A stretch of 64,000 nucleotides of DNA from a virus (Duplodnaviria > Caudoviricetes). Under the pieces are notes generated by a model. It had not been told where the DNA came from, made no database searches, and saw only the letters and a list, made by a program, of their open reading frames with translations. How positions within the stretch are numbered: the stretch's first letter is position 1; each line of letters starts with the position of its first letter. The stretch is taken from positions 4,103 to 68,102 of IMG/VR virus record IMGVR_UViG_3300033067_001032; one strand, given 5' to 3'. The position numbers and the translations under genes are program-made. This document shows positions 27,557 to 36,226 of the stretch, in pieces.

Positions 27557-28186
27557 ATGAGCGACGAAAAAACCAAGCGCCCACGGGCGGATAACGTGAT
27601 CGAGTTGCGGATCAAGGGTAAGGTTCCTGGATCGCCGGGGCGGGCTGGCCGGGAATTCCCGGACATGGGCGACCGGAAGACCGAGGACGCGCTCATTCGT
27701 ATCCGCAAGCAGGCCGATGACATCGATCGCAGCAAGTACGCCAAGGAAGCGGAGCCGGTGGTTCTGCACGACCCCATGGAAGAAGACTTCTGCCAATACG
27801 CCACCAGCGGCTATTCATTGGCGGCGGCATGGCGCAAGGCCTACGGCCGGGAGAAGGATGCGAGGGGCGAGTATTATGCCAAGAAGCTATCGCAGCTTCC
27901 GAGGATAGTGCTGCGGATTTCCGAAATCCTGGAAGACCGCAAAGCCGGTCTGATCAACGACGCGGAACGTATCCGGGCCTTGATCTCCACTCGGCTGGAA
28001 ATGGAAGCCACCACGGCGCCGGAAGGTTCGGTGCGCCTGAAGGCTCTCGAGCTTTTAGGCAAGCAACCCCATGTCGGGGCCTTCGAGGACCGCGCCAAGT
28101 TTGTGGGGGTCCATGACAAGTCGACATCGGAAGAGATCAGCGCGGAACTGGCCCGCCGCTTAAAGCGAGCCAGCGCCGAGAGCTAA
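27557..28186 (+). CDS. terS: Terminase small subunit-like protein
   Basis: HTH-like YSLAAAWRKAYG and C-terminal VRLKALELLGKQPHVGAFED motif typical of TerS. Confidence 0.65.
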   Translation: MSDEKTKRPRADNVIELRIKGKVPGSPGRAGREFPDMGDRKTEDALIRIRKQADDIDRSKYAKEAEPVVLHDPMEEDFCQYATSGYSLAAAWRKAYGREKDARGEYYAKKLSQLPRIVLRISEILEDRKAGLINDAERIRALISTRLEMEATTAPEGSVRLKALELLGKQPHVGAFEDRAKFVGVHDKSTSEEISAELARRLKRASAES

Positions 28187-28284
28187 TCTTTCTTGCGGTC
28201 GAGCTTCCACGCAACCAGTAGTCCTATCGCGGCCCAGGAAAGCACAAGATTAAGGGAGGCCAGAATAACCAAGGCTTCCATCAT
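28183..28284 (-). CDS. 33-aa membrane peptide
   Basis: MMEALVILASLNLVLSWAAIGLLVAWKLDRKKD*; ATGA-coupled to the lipoprotein gene. Confidence 0.55.
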   Translation of the reverse strand: MMEALVILASLNLVLSWAAIGLLVAWKLDRKKD

Positions 28285-28727
28285 GTGTTCCCATCGAGCC
28301 AATCGAGATAGTCGGTGTCGACCGGCGCCAGGGCCTGGGTTTGTTGGACCTGGGCGGCGTGCTGCACATCGCGAGCGGATAGAGCGGCCTCTCGCTGCGC
28401 CTCACTCATACCAGCATAGGCGCCAGCCTGCGCATACTGAGGCGAGTATTGCGGCTGGTACTGGTATTGCTGCGGCTGGTATTGTTGCCCATACGGCTGA
28501 GCCATGTAGGGCGCATACGGCATGCTGGCGTATTGCTGGCCATAGGCGGGCTGGCCATAGCCATAGGGCGACTGGCGCTGCGAAGCCAAGTAGCCGACCT
28601 GGGTTGAAGCGTTCACCGCGATAGCGGCGTTATTCAACATCGCCGACATCAAAGCCAACGAATTGGAAGTCATGGCGCATCCCGACAGGAAGGCGCTCAT
28701 GAAGAGTAGTGCGAACAGTTTGCTCAT
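28281..28727 (-). CDS. Lipoprotein with Gln/Tyr/Pro low-complexity region
   Basis: Lipobox FLSG-C; YGQPAYGQQY...QYQPQQYQYQPQY repeats. Confidence 0.7.
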   Translation of the reverse strand: MSKLFALLFMSAFLSGCAMTSNSLALMSAMLNNAAIAVNASTQVGYLASQRQSPYGYGQPAYGQQYASMPYAPYMAQPYGQQYQPQQYQYQPQYSPQYAQAGAYAGMSEAQREAALSARDVQHAAQVQQTQALAPVDTDYLDWLDGNT

Positions 28728-28740
28728 TTCGTTTCCCTCT

Positions 28741-28782
28741 AAAAAAGAATATGCCGCCGGTGTATTAGACCGGCGGCATATT
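28741..28782 (-). terminator. Rho-independent terminator
   Basis: 13-bp stem aatatgccgccgg/ccggcggcatatt followed by a T-run on the minus strand. Confidence 0.75.
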
Positions 28783-28789
28783 GGGCGCC

Positions 28790-30133
28790 TTAGCCCACCA
28801 CCTGCCCCGCCTCATTGATCACCGGCGATGAGCCGATAACCACTCCGTTGGCGAGGGCCTTTGCACGGAACACAAACACACCCGAATTCAGATCGATCGA
28901 AACCGGGTAACGAAGGTCTCCGATGTTAGCTCCGCCATTAGCTAGCGGCATTGAAGTCCAGGTTGATCCTCCGTTGCTCGAATACTCCACCGCAACATGA
29001 TCGATAGCGGTGGCGAAGAACGGATTGGCCTGCAACGGATTGGCCGCCAATTGCACAATGTGCTGCTGAGCGGTCGCAATCGAGGTGTTGTCGGCGTCAA
29101 TCTGGGTGGGGCTCATGGAACAGCCCGGTTGCCCTGGGCCCGGGTTCGCGGCGCCAACACAGAATACCGTGTTGTAGTAGCGAACGTTGGCCGTGGCGTC
29201 ATAGAGCCAGACTTGGGTGAAGCCCGCGGGCACATTGATGATCGAGTTCACGATGGTGATGTCAGCCCCATCCCAGACCCGAAGGCCGCGGTTGGCGCTA
29301 TTGATCGTGACGTTCTCGAGCACGATGCCCGGAGACTTAGTGTCGACCCCGCCATCACCCACATTGCGGCAGGTGCCATAGCGGTAGTTGGCCGGGTTGG
29401 CGTTGAACTCCACGCCCATGCAGTCCTCGTTATGGACTGAATAGGTGGGGTCCGGGGCCTGGAAGAAGTCCACGAAGAAGTTGCGCGCCCAAAATGGGCC
29501 CTGACCTCCCCGCTCCAGCTTCAAGCCAGCGCCATGGATGGAGCCACCGCCATCCCAGCCCCACATCTCGAAACCATCGACCGACACGGGGGCGGTTCCC
29601 CCAACATATACGCCATACTTCTCGCTGTTCTCATGAACATTCCTCACGAAGGTGGGGACCGAGTCGTTGATGTTGATGCGCGGTGAGTCGGCCAGATTGG
29701 CGATGGTGCGGCCAGCGCCGAACAGGCTGTTGCTGTTGAACGCTTCCATGACATGGATGTTGGCCTGCCCATTCGGGTCCCGTTCCAACCTGATCTCCAA
29801 CGCACTTGAGCCCGGTGGCGGCGGTGGCGGCGGCGGGGGAGGAGGGGGCGGAGGAGGCGGGGGTGGCGGGGGCGGAGGAGGAGGCGGAGGCGGCGGGGGA
29901 CCAGCCGGACATTCCTGATTGCTCAGGTTGCCATCATGGAGCCTAGCCTTCAGCCGAACCCAATGGGTGGGATCGGTATCGGCGCAGATGCGGGCGATCT
30001 CCTCGGGGGTGAGGTTCCTCCGATCGATGAAGCGCTGCTGGATGGTTTGCGCCTGGGTCCCGCTAAATGGGACGAGGGATGCCGACAGGGCCAGGATAGC
30101 CGCGCCCATGATCAGCCTGGATTTGAGGGTCAT
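28790..30133 (-). CDS. Secreted poly-proline / right-handed beta-helix protein
   Basis: Signal peptide, about 29 consecutive Pro, then parallel beta-helix-like repeats (GDGGVDTKSPGIVLENVTINSANRGLRVW..ITIVNSII). Confidence 0.75.
   Translation of the reverse strand: MTLKSRLIMGAAILALSASLVPFSGTQAQTIQQRFIDRRNLTPEEIARICADTDPTHWVRLKARLHDGNLSNQECPAGPPPPPPPPPPPPPPPPPPPPPPPPPPPPPGSSALEIRLERDPNGQANIHVMEAFNSNSLFGAGRTIANLADSPRININDSVPTFVRNVHENSEKYGVYVGGTAPVSVDGFEMWGWDGGGSIHGAGLKLERGGQGPFWARNFFVDFFQAPDPTYSVHNEDCMGVEFNANPANYRYGTCRNVGDGGVDTKSPGIVLENVTINSANRGLRVWDGADITIVNSIINVPAGFTQVWLYDATANVRYYNTVFCVGAANPGPGQPGCSMSPTQIDADNTSIATAQQHIVQLAANPLQANPFFATAIDHVAVEYSSNGGSTWTSMPLANGGANIGDLRYPVSIDLNSGVFVFRAKALANGVVIGSSPVINEAGQVVG
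29814..29900 (-). repeat. Poly-proline coding tract (GGN on + strand)
   Basis: 87 nt of GGN triplets, i.e. 29 Pro codons with mixed third positions. Confidence 0.9.
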
Positions 30134-30415
30134 GTTGGTTGTGCTTTCATGCAGGCCTTTCGGCCCCGATACAAGCTACCTAACCCCAGGACGGATGAAC
30201 TCCAAGTTATTTTCCCGTAAGGGGGGAGTGGACCCCGGCGATGCCGCGGTAAGAGAGGAAACGTGAATTTTTCTCCAGGAATTTTTCGGCCTGGATGGGA
30301 CCCAGGAAAACGACCACAAACCTGGTAGGCTTATGAGTGGAATAGTAATCACCTATGGGACCCACGCCCCGTTCTCTTAAAGCCGGGGTGGCGTACTGTA
30401 CCCAGCACGTCTGCC

Positions 30416-30430
30416 TTAATTTCGCCTTAA
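30416..30430 (+). promoter_or_regulatory. CtrA-binding box
   Basis: TTAA-tttcgcc-TTAA matches the TTAA-N7-TTAA consensus, about 60 nt upstream of the first plus-strand early gene. Confidence 0.7.
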
Positions 30431-30492
30431 TTGTGTGCGATCATCTTCACATGGTCCGGGTCAATCCCGACCCGGTCCATTGGAGTAATCCG

Positions 30493-31035
30493 ATGACCAC
30501 AGCAACACCCAAAGCCAAGCTTAACTCAGCAATGCAGGCCGTGGCCGCCAAGGCCAAGGCCGCGCGCATCGCCGCCACCGACGTAATCAACGTCGCCTAT
30601 GACGGCATCCAAGCAGCGGAGTGGGAGGAGGAGCGGCGCGAGAGCGCTATGTCCGCTTTGTTGCGCATGATCCGTTCTACTTTCGCCAGGGACCACAAGA
30701 AACTGGACGGCAAGCGGGCGCTGATTACGCAGCACGCCAAGCAGCTTCCCTCCGACATCGTGAAGGCTTGCAATGCCCTCGACCGTGACGCGGATATGAA
30801 GGCCGAGGAGAGCGTCATTGCGAAGGAGGAGAAGGCCAGGGAGATTGCGCGCAAAGAGGCTAAGAAAGCGGAGCAAGAGCGCATCCGCCAGGCCGCGCAA
30901 GGTAACGACGATGCCGACGCCCCGCCACCAAGCCGCAAGGCCGTGAAGGACGCCAAGAAGGCCATTGCCGAAGCCGCTAAGCGCGGGACACTAACCCTCA
31001 AAGACGCCCAGGCCGCTATCGCCAGGGCCGCGTAG
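30493..31035 (+). CDS. Ala/Lys-rich early protein
   Basis: Start MTTATPKAK with GGAG SD; helical, charged. Confidence 0.7.
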   Translation: MTTATPKAKLNSAMQAVAAKAKAARIAATDVINVAYDGIQAAEWEEERRESAMSALLRMIRSTFARDHKKLDGKRALITQHAKQLPSDIVKACNALDRDADMKAEESVIAKEEKAREIARKEAKKAEQERIRQAAQGNDDADAPPPSRKAVKDAKKAIAEAAKRGTLTLKDAQAAIARAA

Positions 31036-31048
31036 GACCACAAAGGAG

Positions 31049-31085
31049 AGCCCGCCGCACCGCAAGGTGTTGGCGGGCTTTCTGT
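31049..31085 (+). terminator. Rho-independent terminator
   Basis: agcccgcc-gcacc-GCAA-ggtgt-tggcgggct followed by ttct gtttc. Confidence 0.65.
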
Positions 31086-31255
31086 TTCTAGAGACTTGCC
31101 AAGTCTCTGCGACGGCCGGACGCCGTGGGTTGATGCCCCGTAACGGGATTAACCCATCGTTTTGAGGCCATCGCCACTGTTACTCGCCTGTAACATCAGT
31201 TACAGGAGCGTAGCGACAACTCGCCTGTAACAAGGGCGAGTGGAAAGGCAATCCA

Positions 31256-31447
31256 ATGACCAACGCACGTTACTCTAAGCGCCAGTATGTCGGCGACTAC
31301 ATCATTGCTTATGATTGGGACACCAATCGGTTCGTGGTAATGGACCTCGACGACCGCGTTGTCGACATCGGCTACCTGACGCACGCGGAAGCGTATCAGG
31401 GTGCTGTAGATATTGCCGATGCTGCCAAGGCGATGGTGGCGTTATAA
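31256..31447 (+). CDS. Hypothetical protein
   Basis: 63 aa with GGAAAGG SD. Confidence 0.6.
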   Translation: MTNARYSKRQYVGDYIIAYDWDTNRFVVMDLDDRVVDIGYLTHAEAYQGAVDIADAAKAMVAL

Positions 31448-31565
31448 ATGCCGAGGGGTCAGTCCGAGAGGGCTGGCCCCTTTGTATTATGTAGCCCTAT
31501 GGAATGTGCGGACCCGCCTTCGGCGGATAGACGCGCGGCCTGGGCTATTTCGGAGGAGAAACCAC

Positions 31566-31751
31566 ATGGAAAGCCTAGTGTTTGCCTACCTAATCGGCCT
31601 GGTCGCATGGATGTTTACCTGCGGCCTGCTCAACGAAAGAGAAAGGGCGCCCCTCGGCATCATCTGGCCGGTAGCCCTGCCGATTGTTGCTATCGTCTTC
31701 GCCTGCCGAGTGCTTGTGATCCTCGGCGAGTATGTTGGCGGTCATAGATAG
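31566..31751 (+). CDS. Small two-TM membrane protein
   Basis: MESLVFAYLIGLVAWMFTC...IIWPVALPIVAIVFAC; GGAGGAG SD. Confidence 0.65.
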   Translation: MESLVFAYLIGLVAWMFTCGLLNERERAPLGIIWPVALPIVAIVFACRVLVILGEYVGGHR

Positions 31752-31818
31752 AGAGAGGCCCTCGGCGAAAGCCGGGGGCCATTTTGGTATGGGGCATCCC
31801 GCCCCAGGAGCACTAACA

Positions 31819-32229
31819 ATGTTCACACTAACCATGCTGGAAATCCTGATCGCCTGCCGCAAGGCGCTCGATCAAGGCATCTTGCAAGCCCAACAAGGTC
31901 AATCCTTCATCGGCTGTTACTACCGCGCCGGTGGGGGGATTGAACGTCGCGGTTGGGGTGCGGATAAACCCCGCATCGTGTGCGCTATCGGCGCCGCTCT
32001 TACCGATGAAATGTACGATGAGATACGCGGCGGTGACAAGATCCTTAGCCCGCTACACTGGGGCGAGTATTTTAATTCCACAGAGGAATTAGAAGACGCC
32101 CAAATCCTACAGAAAGTCCACGATGATTGGGCGACGGCTTCGCCTGCATCAAAAGATTCCAAGAGGGACGCCTTTTATACCCTCCTAGGGAATCTCGAAA
32201 CCGCCTACTGCATCACTCAGCCAGCATGA
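31819..32229 (+). CDS. Hypothetical protein
   Basis: AGGAG SD after a cassette; CAIGAALTD motif. Confidence 0.65.
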   Translation: MFTLTMLEILIACRKALDQGILQAQQGQSFIGCYYRAGGGIERRGWGADKPRIVCAIGAALTDEMYDEIRGGDKILSPLHWGEYFNSTEELEDAQILQKVHDDWATASPASKDSKRDAFYTLLGNLETAYCITQPA

Positions 32230-32297
32230 GAGGAAGGCCCCGGCACAATCCGGGGCCTTCTTTTTATGAGGCGAAAGCCTCACTGGAGACTAAAGCC

Positions 32298-32411
32298 ATG
32301 AGCGATCTATTGCCCTATGCCCCGCTGTTCATTGGCATCGGCTTGCTTGGTTATCCTATTGGCCCACGTGTGGCTGATTGGCTTATCAATAAATGGTGGC
32401 CCATGCCATGA
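32298..32411 (+). CDS. 37-aa membrane peptide
   Basis: MSDLLPYAPLFIGIGLLGYPIGPRVADWLINKWWPMP*; GGAG SD. Confidence 0.55.
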   Translation: MSDLLPYAPLFIGIGLLGYPIGPRVADWLINKWWPMP

Positions 32412-32485
32412 TCCTGTTATGGGCTATAGGGGCCATATGGATTGTCGCTACCGCGACCTGCGCGATTTTCGGCAAACCTAAATGA
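32408..32485 (+). CDS. 25-aa membrane peptide
   Basis: MILLWAIGAIWIVATATCAIFGKPK*; ATGA overlap with the upstream gene; ends at the next cassette. Confidence 0.5.
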   Translation: MILLWAIGAIWIVATATCAIFGKPK

Positions 32486-32553
32486 GAGAGAGGCCCTCGG
32501 CGAAAGCTGGGGGCTTCTTTTTATGAGGCGGAAGCCTCACGGGAGTAACGCGC

Positions 32554-32640
32554 ATGACCGCTTATGACTTGACCGCCCTTAGCGGCTGGGTTGGCCTCTT
32601 TGCTTTCATTCTGCTGCTGCGATTGCTGATGCGGTCCTAA
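32554..32640 (+). CDS. 28-aa membrane peptide
   Basis: MTAYDLTALSGWVGLFAFILLLRLLMRS*; GGGAG SD inside the cassette. Confidence 0.55.
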   Translation: MTAYDLTALSGWVGLFAFILLLRLLMRS

Positions 32641-32738
32641 AAAAGCCGCAATCGGCCATCATACTAAAAATGGATGGAGCCTCCGGTGAAAGCCGGGGGC
32701 TCTTTCCATGGGAGCGAAAGCTCCCAGGAGTAACATCC

Positions 32739-33983
32739 ATGACCACAAATGAATGGAATGTACCAGAACCCTTCGACGCACATCCATGGGACTATTTCAC
32801 CCCATCGCCGGGGCCGATTAGTTTCTCGGCGAGACGGGCGATAATCAACCACACCATGGACTTCATGCAACGGCTATCGGATGATTTGAGTCAATCCGTA
32901 CCATCCGTCGTTAGGTCGCTGAACTCTATATCGTCGATCATCAAGCTCGAAAGAGCCTATGAGCTATTCGCGAAAGAGAGTGGCGAGTCGATAGTCTGTT
33001 GCAATTACTGCGGCCAGCGTGTAGCCGATTCTTTCATCCTAAGCGATGAAAACAGCTGCAATTATTTTTGTCCGCATTGCGTCTATGAAAACTCCCACTC
33101 TCACTCTTGGAGATATCGGACCACGACGTTCCATGCACCCGAGGACGACGACGACTGCGACGGTCTCTTAGACTGTTCATCGTCGCCGATTGATGAAATC
33201 GGTGTCGAATATCTCAGCGGCCCAGGCGAACGGGTAACTGAGAGCACTCGGTTCTTCGGATGCGAGATCGAGTTCGTGTGTGAAGATAGGTCTGGATACA
33301 ACGACATCATTGAAACACACTATACTAAACAAGTCGGCATCTACAAATCAGATGGATCGCTGCCCTACCTAGGGGCGGAGTTCTGCACGCTGCCGATGAC
33401 GAGATGGTCTGTAACCCACGATCTGAAACCCGTTTTGACCTACATGGTCGATAAGGGGGCGCGCGCGTGGAACAGGTCAATGTGCGGATTGCACATTCAT
33501 GTGAGCAGGGCTTCGGCGCCCTGGTCCACATGGGGAAAGACGGATCGCTTCTTCTTAAACGAAGCTAACCAAGCCTTTCTCACTAAGGTAGCCGGGCGTG
33601 AGCCCAATAGCTACTGCGGCCGGAGAGGGGTTACCGATCCGGCTACGGTCAAAGTCAAGATGGCTAAACAAAAAGCCGAGAATGGCTATGACCGCTATGT
33701 CGCCCTGAATTTCTCGACCAACAAGCCAACCGTTGAGTTTAGAATGTTCAGGGGTAACGTGGCCCATCAAGGCGTGATGCGAGCGGTGGAATTTTGCGAC
33801 GCCATCATCGAGTTCGCAGGCACGCAATCGAACACGGCGCCAATGCACTACCGGGAATTTTTGGGATGGCTGAAAGGCTACTCCAAGGTCTATCCCAATT
33901 TGGCGCGGCTCTTGTTCGGAGTAAGGGTGAGCCGAAAAGCAATCGCCGAGGATTTGGTGGAAACACTGGAGAACGCGGCTTAA
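32739..33983 (+). CDS. Amidoligase (COOH-NH2 ligase type 2 family)
   Basis: FGCEIEF, SDGSL, GAEFCT, CGLHIHVS, RYVALNF and TVEFRMFRG motifs; N-terminal CxxC/CxxC. Confidence 0.85.
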   Translation: MTTNEWNVPEPFDAHPWDYFTPSPGPISFSARRAIINHTMDFMQRLSDDLSQSVPSVVRSLNSISSIIKLERAYELFAKESGESIVCCNYCGQRVADSFILSDENSCNYFCPHCVYENSHSHSWRYRTTTFHAPEDDDDCDGLLDCSSSPIDEIGVEYLSGPGERVTESTRFFGCEIEFVCEDRSGYNDIIETHYTKQVGIYKSDGSLPYLGAEFCTLPMTRWSVTHDLKPVLTYMVDKGARAWNRSMCGLHIHVSRASAPWSTWGKTDRFFLNEANQAFLTKVAGREPNSYCGRRGVTDPATVKVKMAKQKAENGYDRYVALNFSTNKPTVEFRMFRGNVAHQGVMRAVEFCDAIIEFAGTQSNTAPMHYREFLGWLKGYSKVYPNLARLLFGVRVSRKAIAEDLVETLENAA

Positions 33984-34074
33984 GCTGAGAAGAGGGCGCT
34001 GGCGAAAGCTGGCGCCCTCTTTTTATGGGAGGCAGGCAATCCCGCCAAGCCGCCCGCACCAAGGATAACAACCA

Positions 34075-35043
34075 ATGTGCTTAATCACCATCGCGCCGAA
34101 AGGCGTTGAAACTCTCGACTGGAAAACTCTCTCATATTCGGCCAGCCAAAACGACGACGGCTTCGGCCTCGCCTGGTATGACGGCTCGATGTGGATTGCT
34201 CGAAAGAGCATCCGGCAAAAGACCTTCCAGAAGGTGATAAACAAGGTGCCGAATGGGGCGCCGCTGATTATCCATCAGCGGTTCGCCACTCACGGCCCGG
34301 TCAATATCGAGAACACCCACCCATTCAACCTGGGTGACGAGGCTCTGCTGTTCCACAACGGAGTCATCAGCGGCACCCGAGCGGACTCTCGGGCGCTTAT
34401 CGAAAAGAAGCCGGGAGGCGCATCAGTCTATGCGAAAGCAACCCTCTCGGACACGCGAGCCTACGTCGAAGACGAACTACACCCCCTAGTGGTGGCCGCT
34501 GGCGTAGGCTGGTTGGCCCATGAAAAGGGAGTTTCGGCGGTCGAGGCCCGCGTCGGTTATAGCAACGTCATCGCCATAGCCGTGAACGGCAATCCTAAGC
34601 CCATCATCATCAACGAATGGGCCGGGGATTGGGTTGGAGACCTATTCTACTCCAACAGCTACTCCAGGCCCAGCTATGGGCTAGGCTATTCCACCGGAAT
34701 CAACGCCGGAACCGAGTGGGAGGATCAAACCTCCTACAAGGGCGGATATAAGCACGGAGCGCGCTATGGCTACGCCTCCTACGATGAACTCACCTATGAA
34801 GAATGGGCGAAGAAAGTCGATGAGGACGCCATGGACGGCGTAGATTGGTCGGATGACGTGAACTATATGTCCGATCAAGAATACGAAGCCAAGAAGGTCC
34901 GCTACGACGCCGCTGTGCTTGATGAAAGTCAAGATGAGTGGGTCAATGTGGACAAGATGAATGACGACGAATGGGAACAATGGATGGTCGAGCACGGCTA
35001 TTCACCCACTCCGCGCCGTCTCACGTATCGCAAAAGGTCCTGA
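34075..35043 (+). CDS. Class II glutamine amidotransferase
   Basis: Cys2 nucleophile (MCLI), NDDGFG, HQRFATHG, NTHPF, HNGV, SDT. Confidence 0.88.
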   Translation: MCLITIAPKGVETLDWKTLSYSASQNDDGFGLAWYDGSMWIARKSIRQKTFQKVINKVPNGAPLIIHQRFATHGPVNIENTHPFNLGDEALLFHNGVISGTRADSRALIEKKPGGASVYAKATLSDTRAYVEDELHPLVVAAGVGWLAHEKGVSAVEARVGYSNVIAIAVNGNPKPIIINEWAGDWVGDLFYSNSYSRPSYGLGYSTGINAGTEWEDQTSYKGGYKHGARYGYASYDELTYEEWAKKVDEDAMDGVDWSDDVNYMSDQEYEAKKVRYDAAVLDESQDEWVNVDKMNDDEWEQWMVEHGYSPTPRRLTYRKRS

Positions 35044-35125
35044 TAGGTAGGGGGTCGCGCGCAAGCGCGGCCCCCTATTTATGTGGGGTAATCCCGCCCT
35101 ACAAAAACCAAAATGGAGGTTCACC

Positions 35126-35242
35126 ATGAACCGTACTCCGATGTCGATGCCGCCATCTACTGTTGGCATCATCCTGATCACGGTCACTACCGCAATTCTG
35201 GCGTTCTTTGTGGCCCTGGTCGGCATCGTCCTCTTTGGATAA
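35126..35242 (+). CDS. 38-aa membrane peptide
   Basis: MNRTPMSMPPSTVGIILITVTTAILAFFVALVGIVLFG*; GGAGG SD. Confidence 0.6.
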   Translation: MNRTPMSMPPSTVGIILITVTTAILAFFVALVGIVLFG

Positions 35243-35248
35243 AAAGCC

Positions 35249-35587
35249 ATGAACGAATTTGAATGTGAAGAAGCCGCCGCCAAGCAATATCGGCGGAATG
35301 TTGGGAAATCAATCTTCACAAGTTATGTGATCGCCTTCGACGAAGCTGGCGAAACGCATGATGTGTATTTCGATGAACCCCGATGCTTCAAGGTTATGGG
35401 AACCAGCGCCGATGATCTATTCGGCTGGAACCATGACCGCACCACGCTAAAGTCGCTTTGGTGGCTTAAACCAATCGGCCAGCGCCCGCCAGAACTTGAG
35501 CAACACCAAACTCTCGTGATGGTCCCGGCGGGTGAATACACGCTCGGCCAGGCCGAGGGAGTAAAGCCCCCTTGGTTTGTGTTCTAA
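35249..35587 (+). CDS. Hypothetical protein
   Basis: 112 aa ending just before a cassette. Confidence 0.6.
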   Translation: MNEFECEEAAAKQYRRNVGKSIFTSYVIAFDEAGETHDVYFDEPRCFKVMGTSADDLFGWNHDRTTLKSLWWLKPIGQRPPELEQHQTLVMVPAGEYTLGQAEGVKPPWFVF

Positions 35588-35672
35588 GATCGAGGCCTCG
35601 GCGTAAGCCGGGGCCTCTTTTTATGAGGGCGCCGCAATCCCGTGGCGCTTCCTCTTTTAAGGACTACAGAAA

Positions 35673-35810
35673 ATGACCAAGACCACACTGATCGACGTGA
35701 AGACGTTGGCATTTCTTAGCCGCATCGGCGCTGTGCGTGTTGGCCGGTCTAACCGCTGGACAGTCCAGCGTGGTGACAGGTTGATGAGCCTTCACATCGT
35801 GGAGGGTTGA
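35673..35810 (+). CDS. 45-aa protein sharing its N-terminus with 36227-36490
   Basis: MTKTTLIDVKTLAFLSRIGA...; AAGGA SD. Confidence 0.55.
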   Translation: MTKTTLIDVKTLAFLSRIGAVRVGRSNRWTVQRGDRLMSLHIVEG

Positions 35811-35813
35811 GCG

Positions 35814-36065
35814 ATGCGCTTTTGGATCGAAGCCCGGTTTAAACCGGAACACTTTATGGACAGCCGCCGGAGCCGGGAAATCGAGGCTACGGATCACGCT
35901 GACGCCCAGCGGCAGGCGGAGGCTCTCGCTCGGGAAATGTCCGAGGAGCATGAGCGAGATTGCGTCGGGCGGAGCGAAATGCTCCCGGTCGCCGGTTTTG
36001 AGGAAACCGAGGAAGAACCCTATGACGGCCCGTCCGAGGCCGAAATCGACCCGTGGCGGACCTGA
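35814..36065 (+). CDS. Acidic hypothetical protein
   Basis: 83 aa; GGAGGG SD. Confidence 0.6.
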   Translation: MRFWIEARFKPEHFMDSRRSREIEATDHADAQRQAEALAREMSEEHERDCVGRSEMLPVAGFEETEEEPYDGPSEAEIDPWRT

Positions 36066-36226
36066 ATGTCCGCCCTCCCAACGGAAAGTTAGAGGTTCGG
36101 CGCTATTGTGGCGCATGTCTTTAACGATCCATGAAACTGAAGGGGAGGGCGCTGGCGAAAGCTGGCGCCCTCTTTTTATGAGGGCGCCGCAATCCCGTGG
36201 CGCTTCTCTTTTAAGGACTACAGAAA

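Noticed and set aside
32670-32738. Track start at 32670 for the amidoligase (and similar upstream starts at 30355, 31413, 31732, 32127)
   Set aside because: These extensions translate the non-coding cassettes; SD-supported starts lie downstream.
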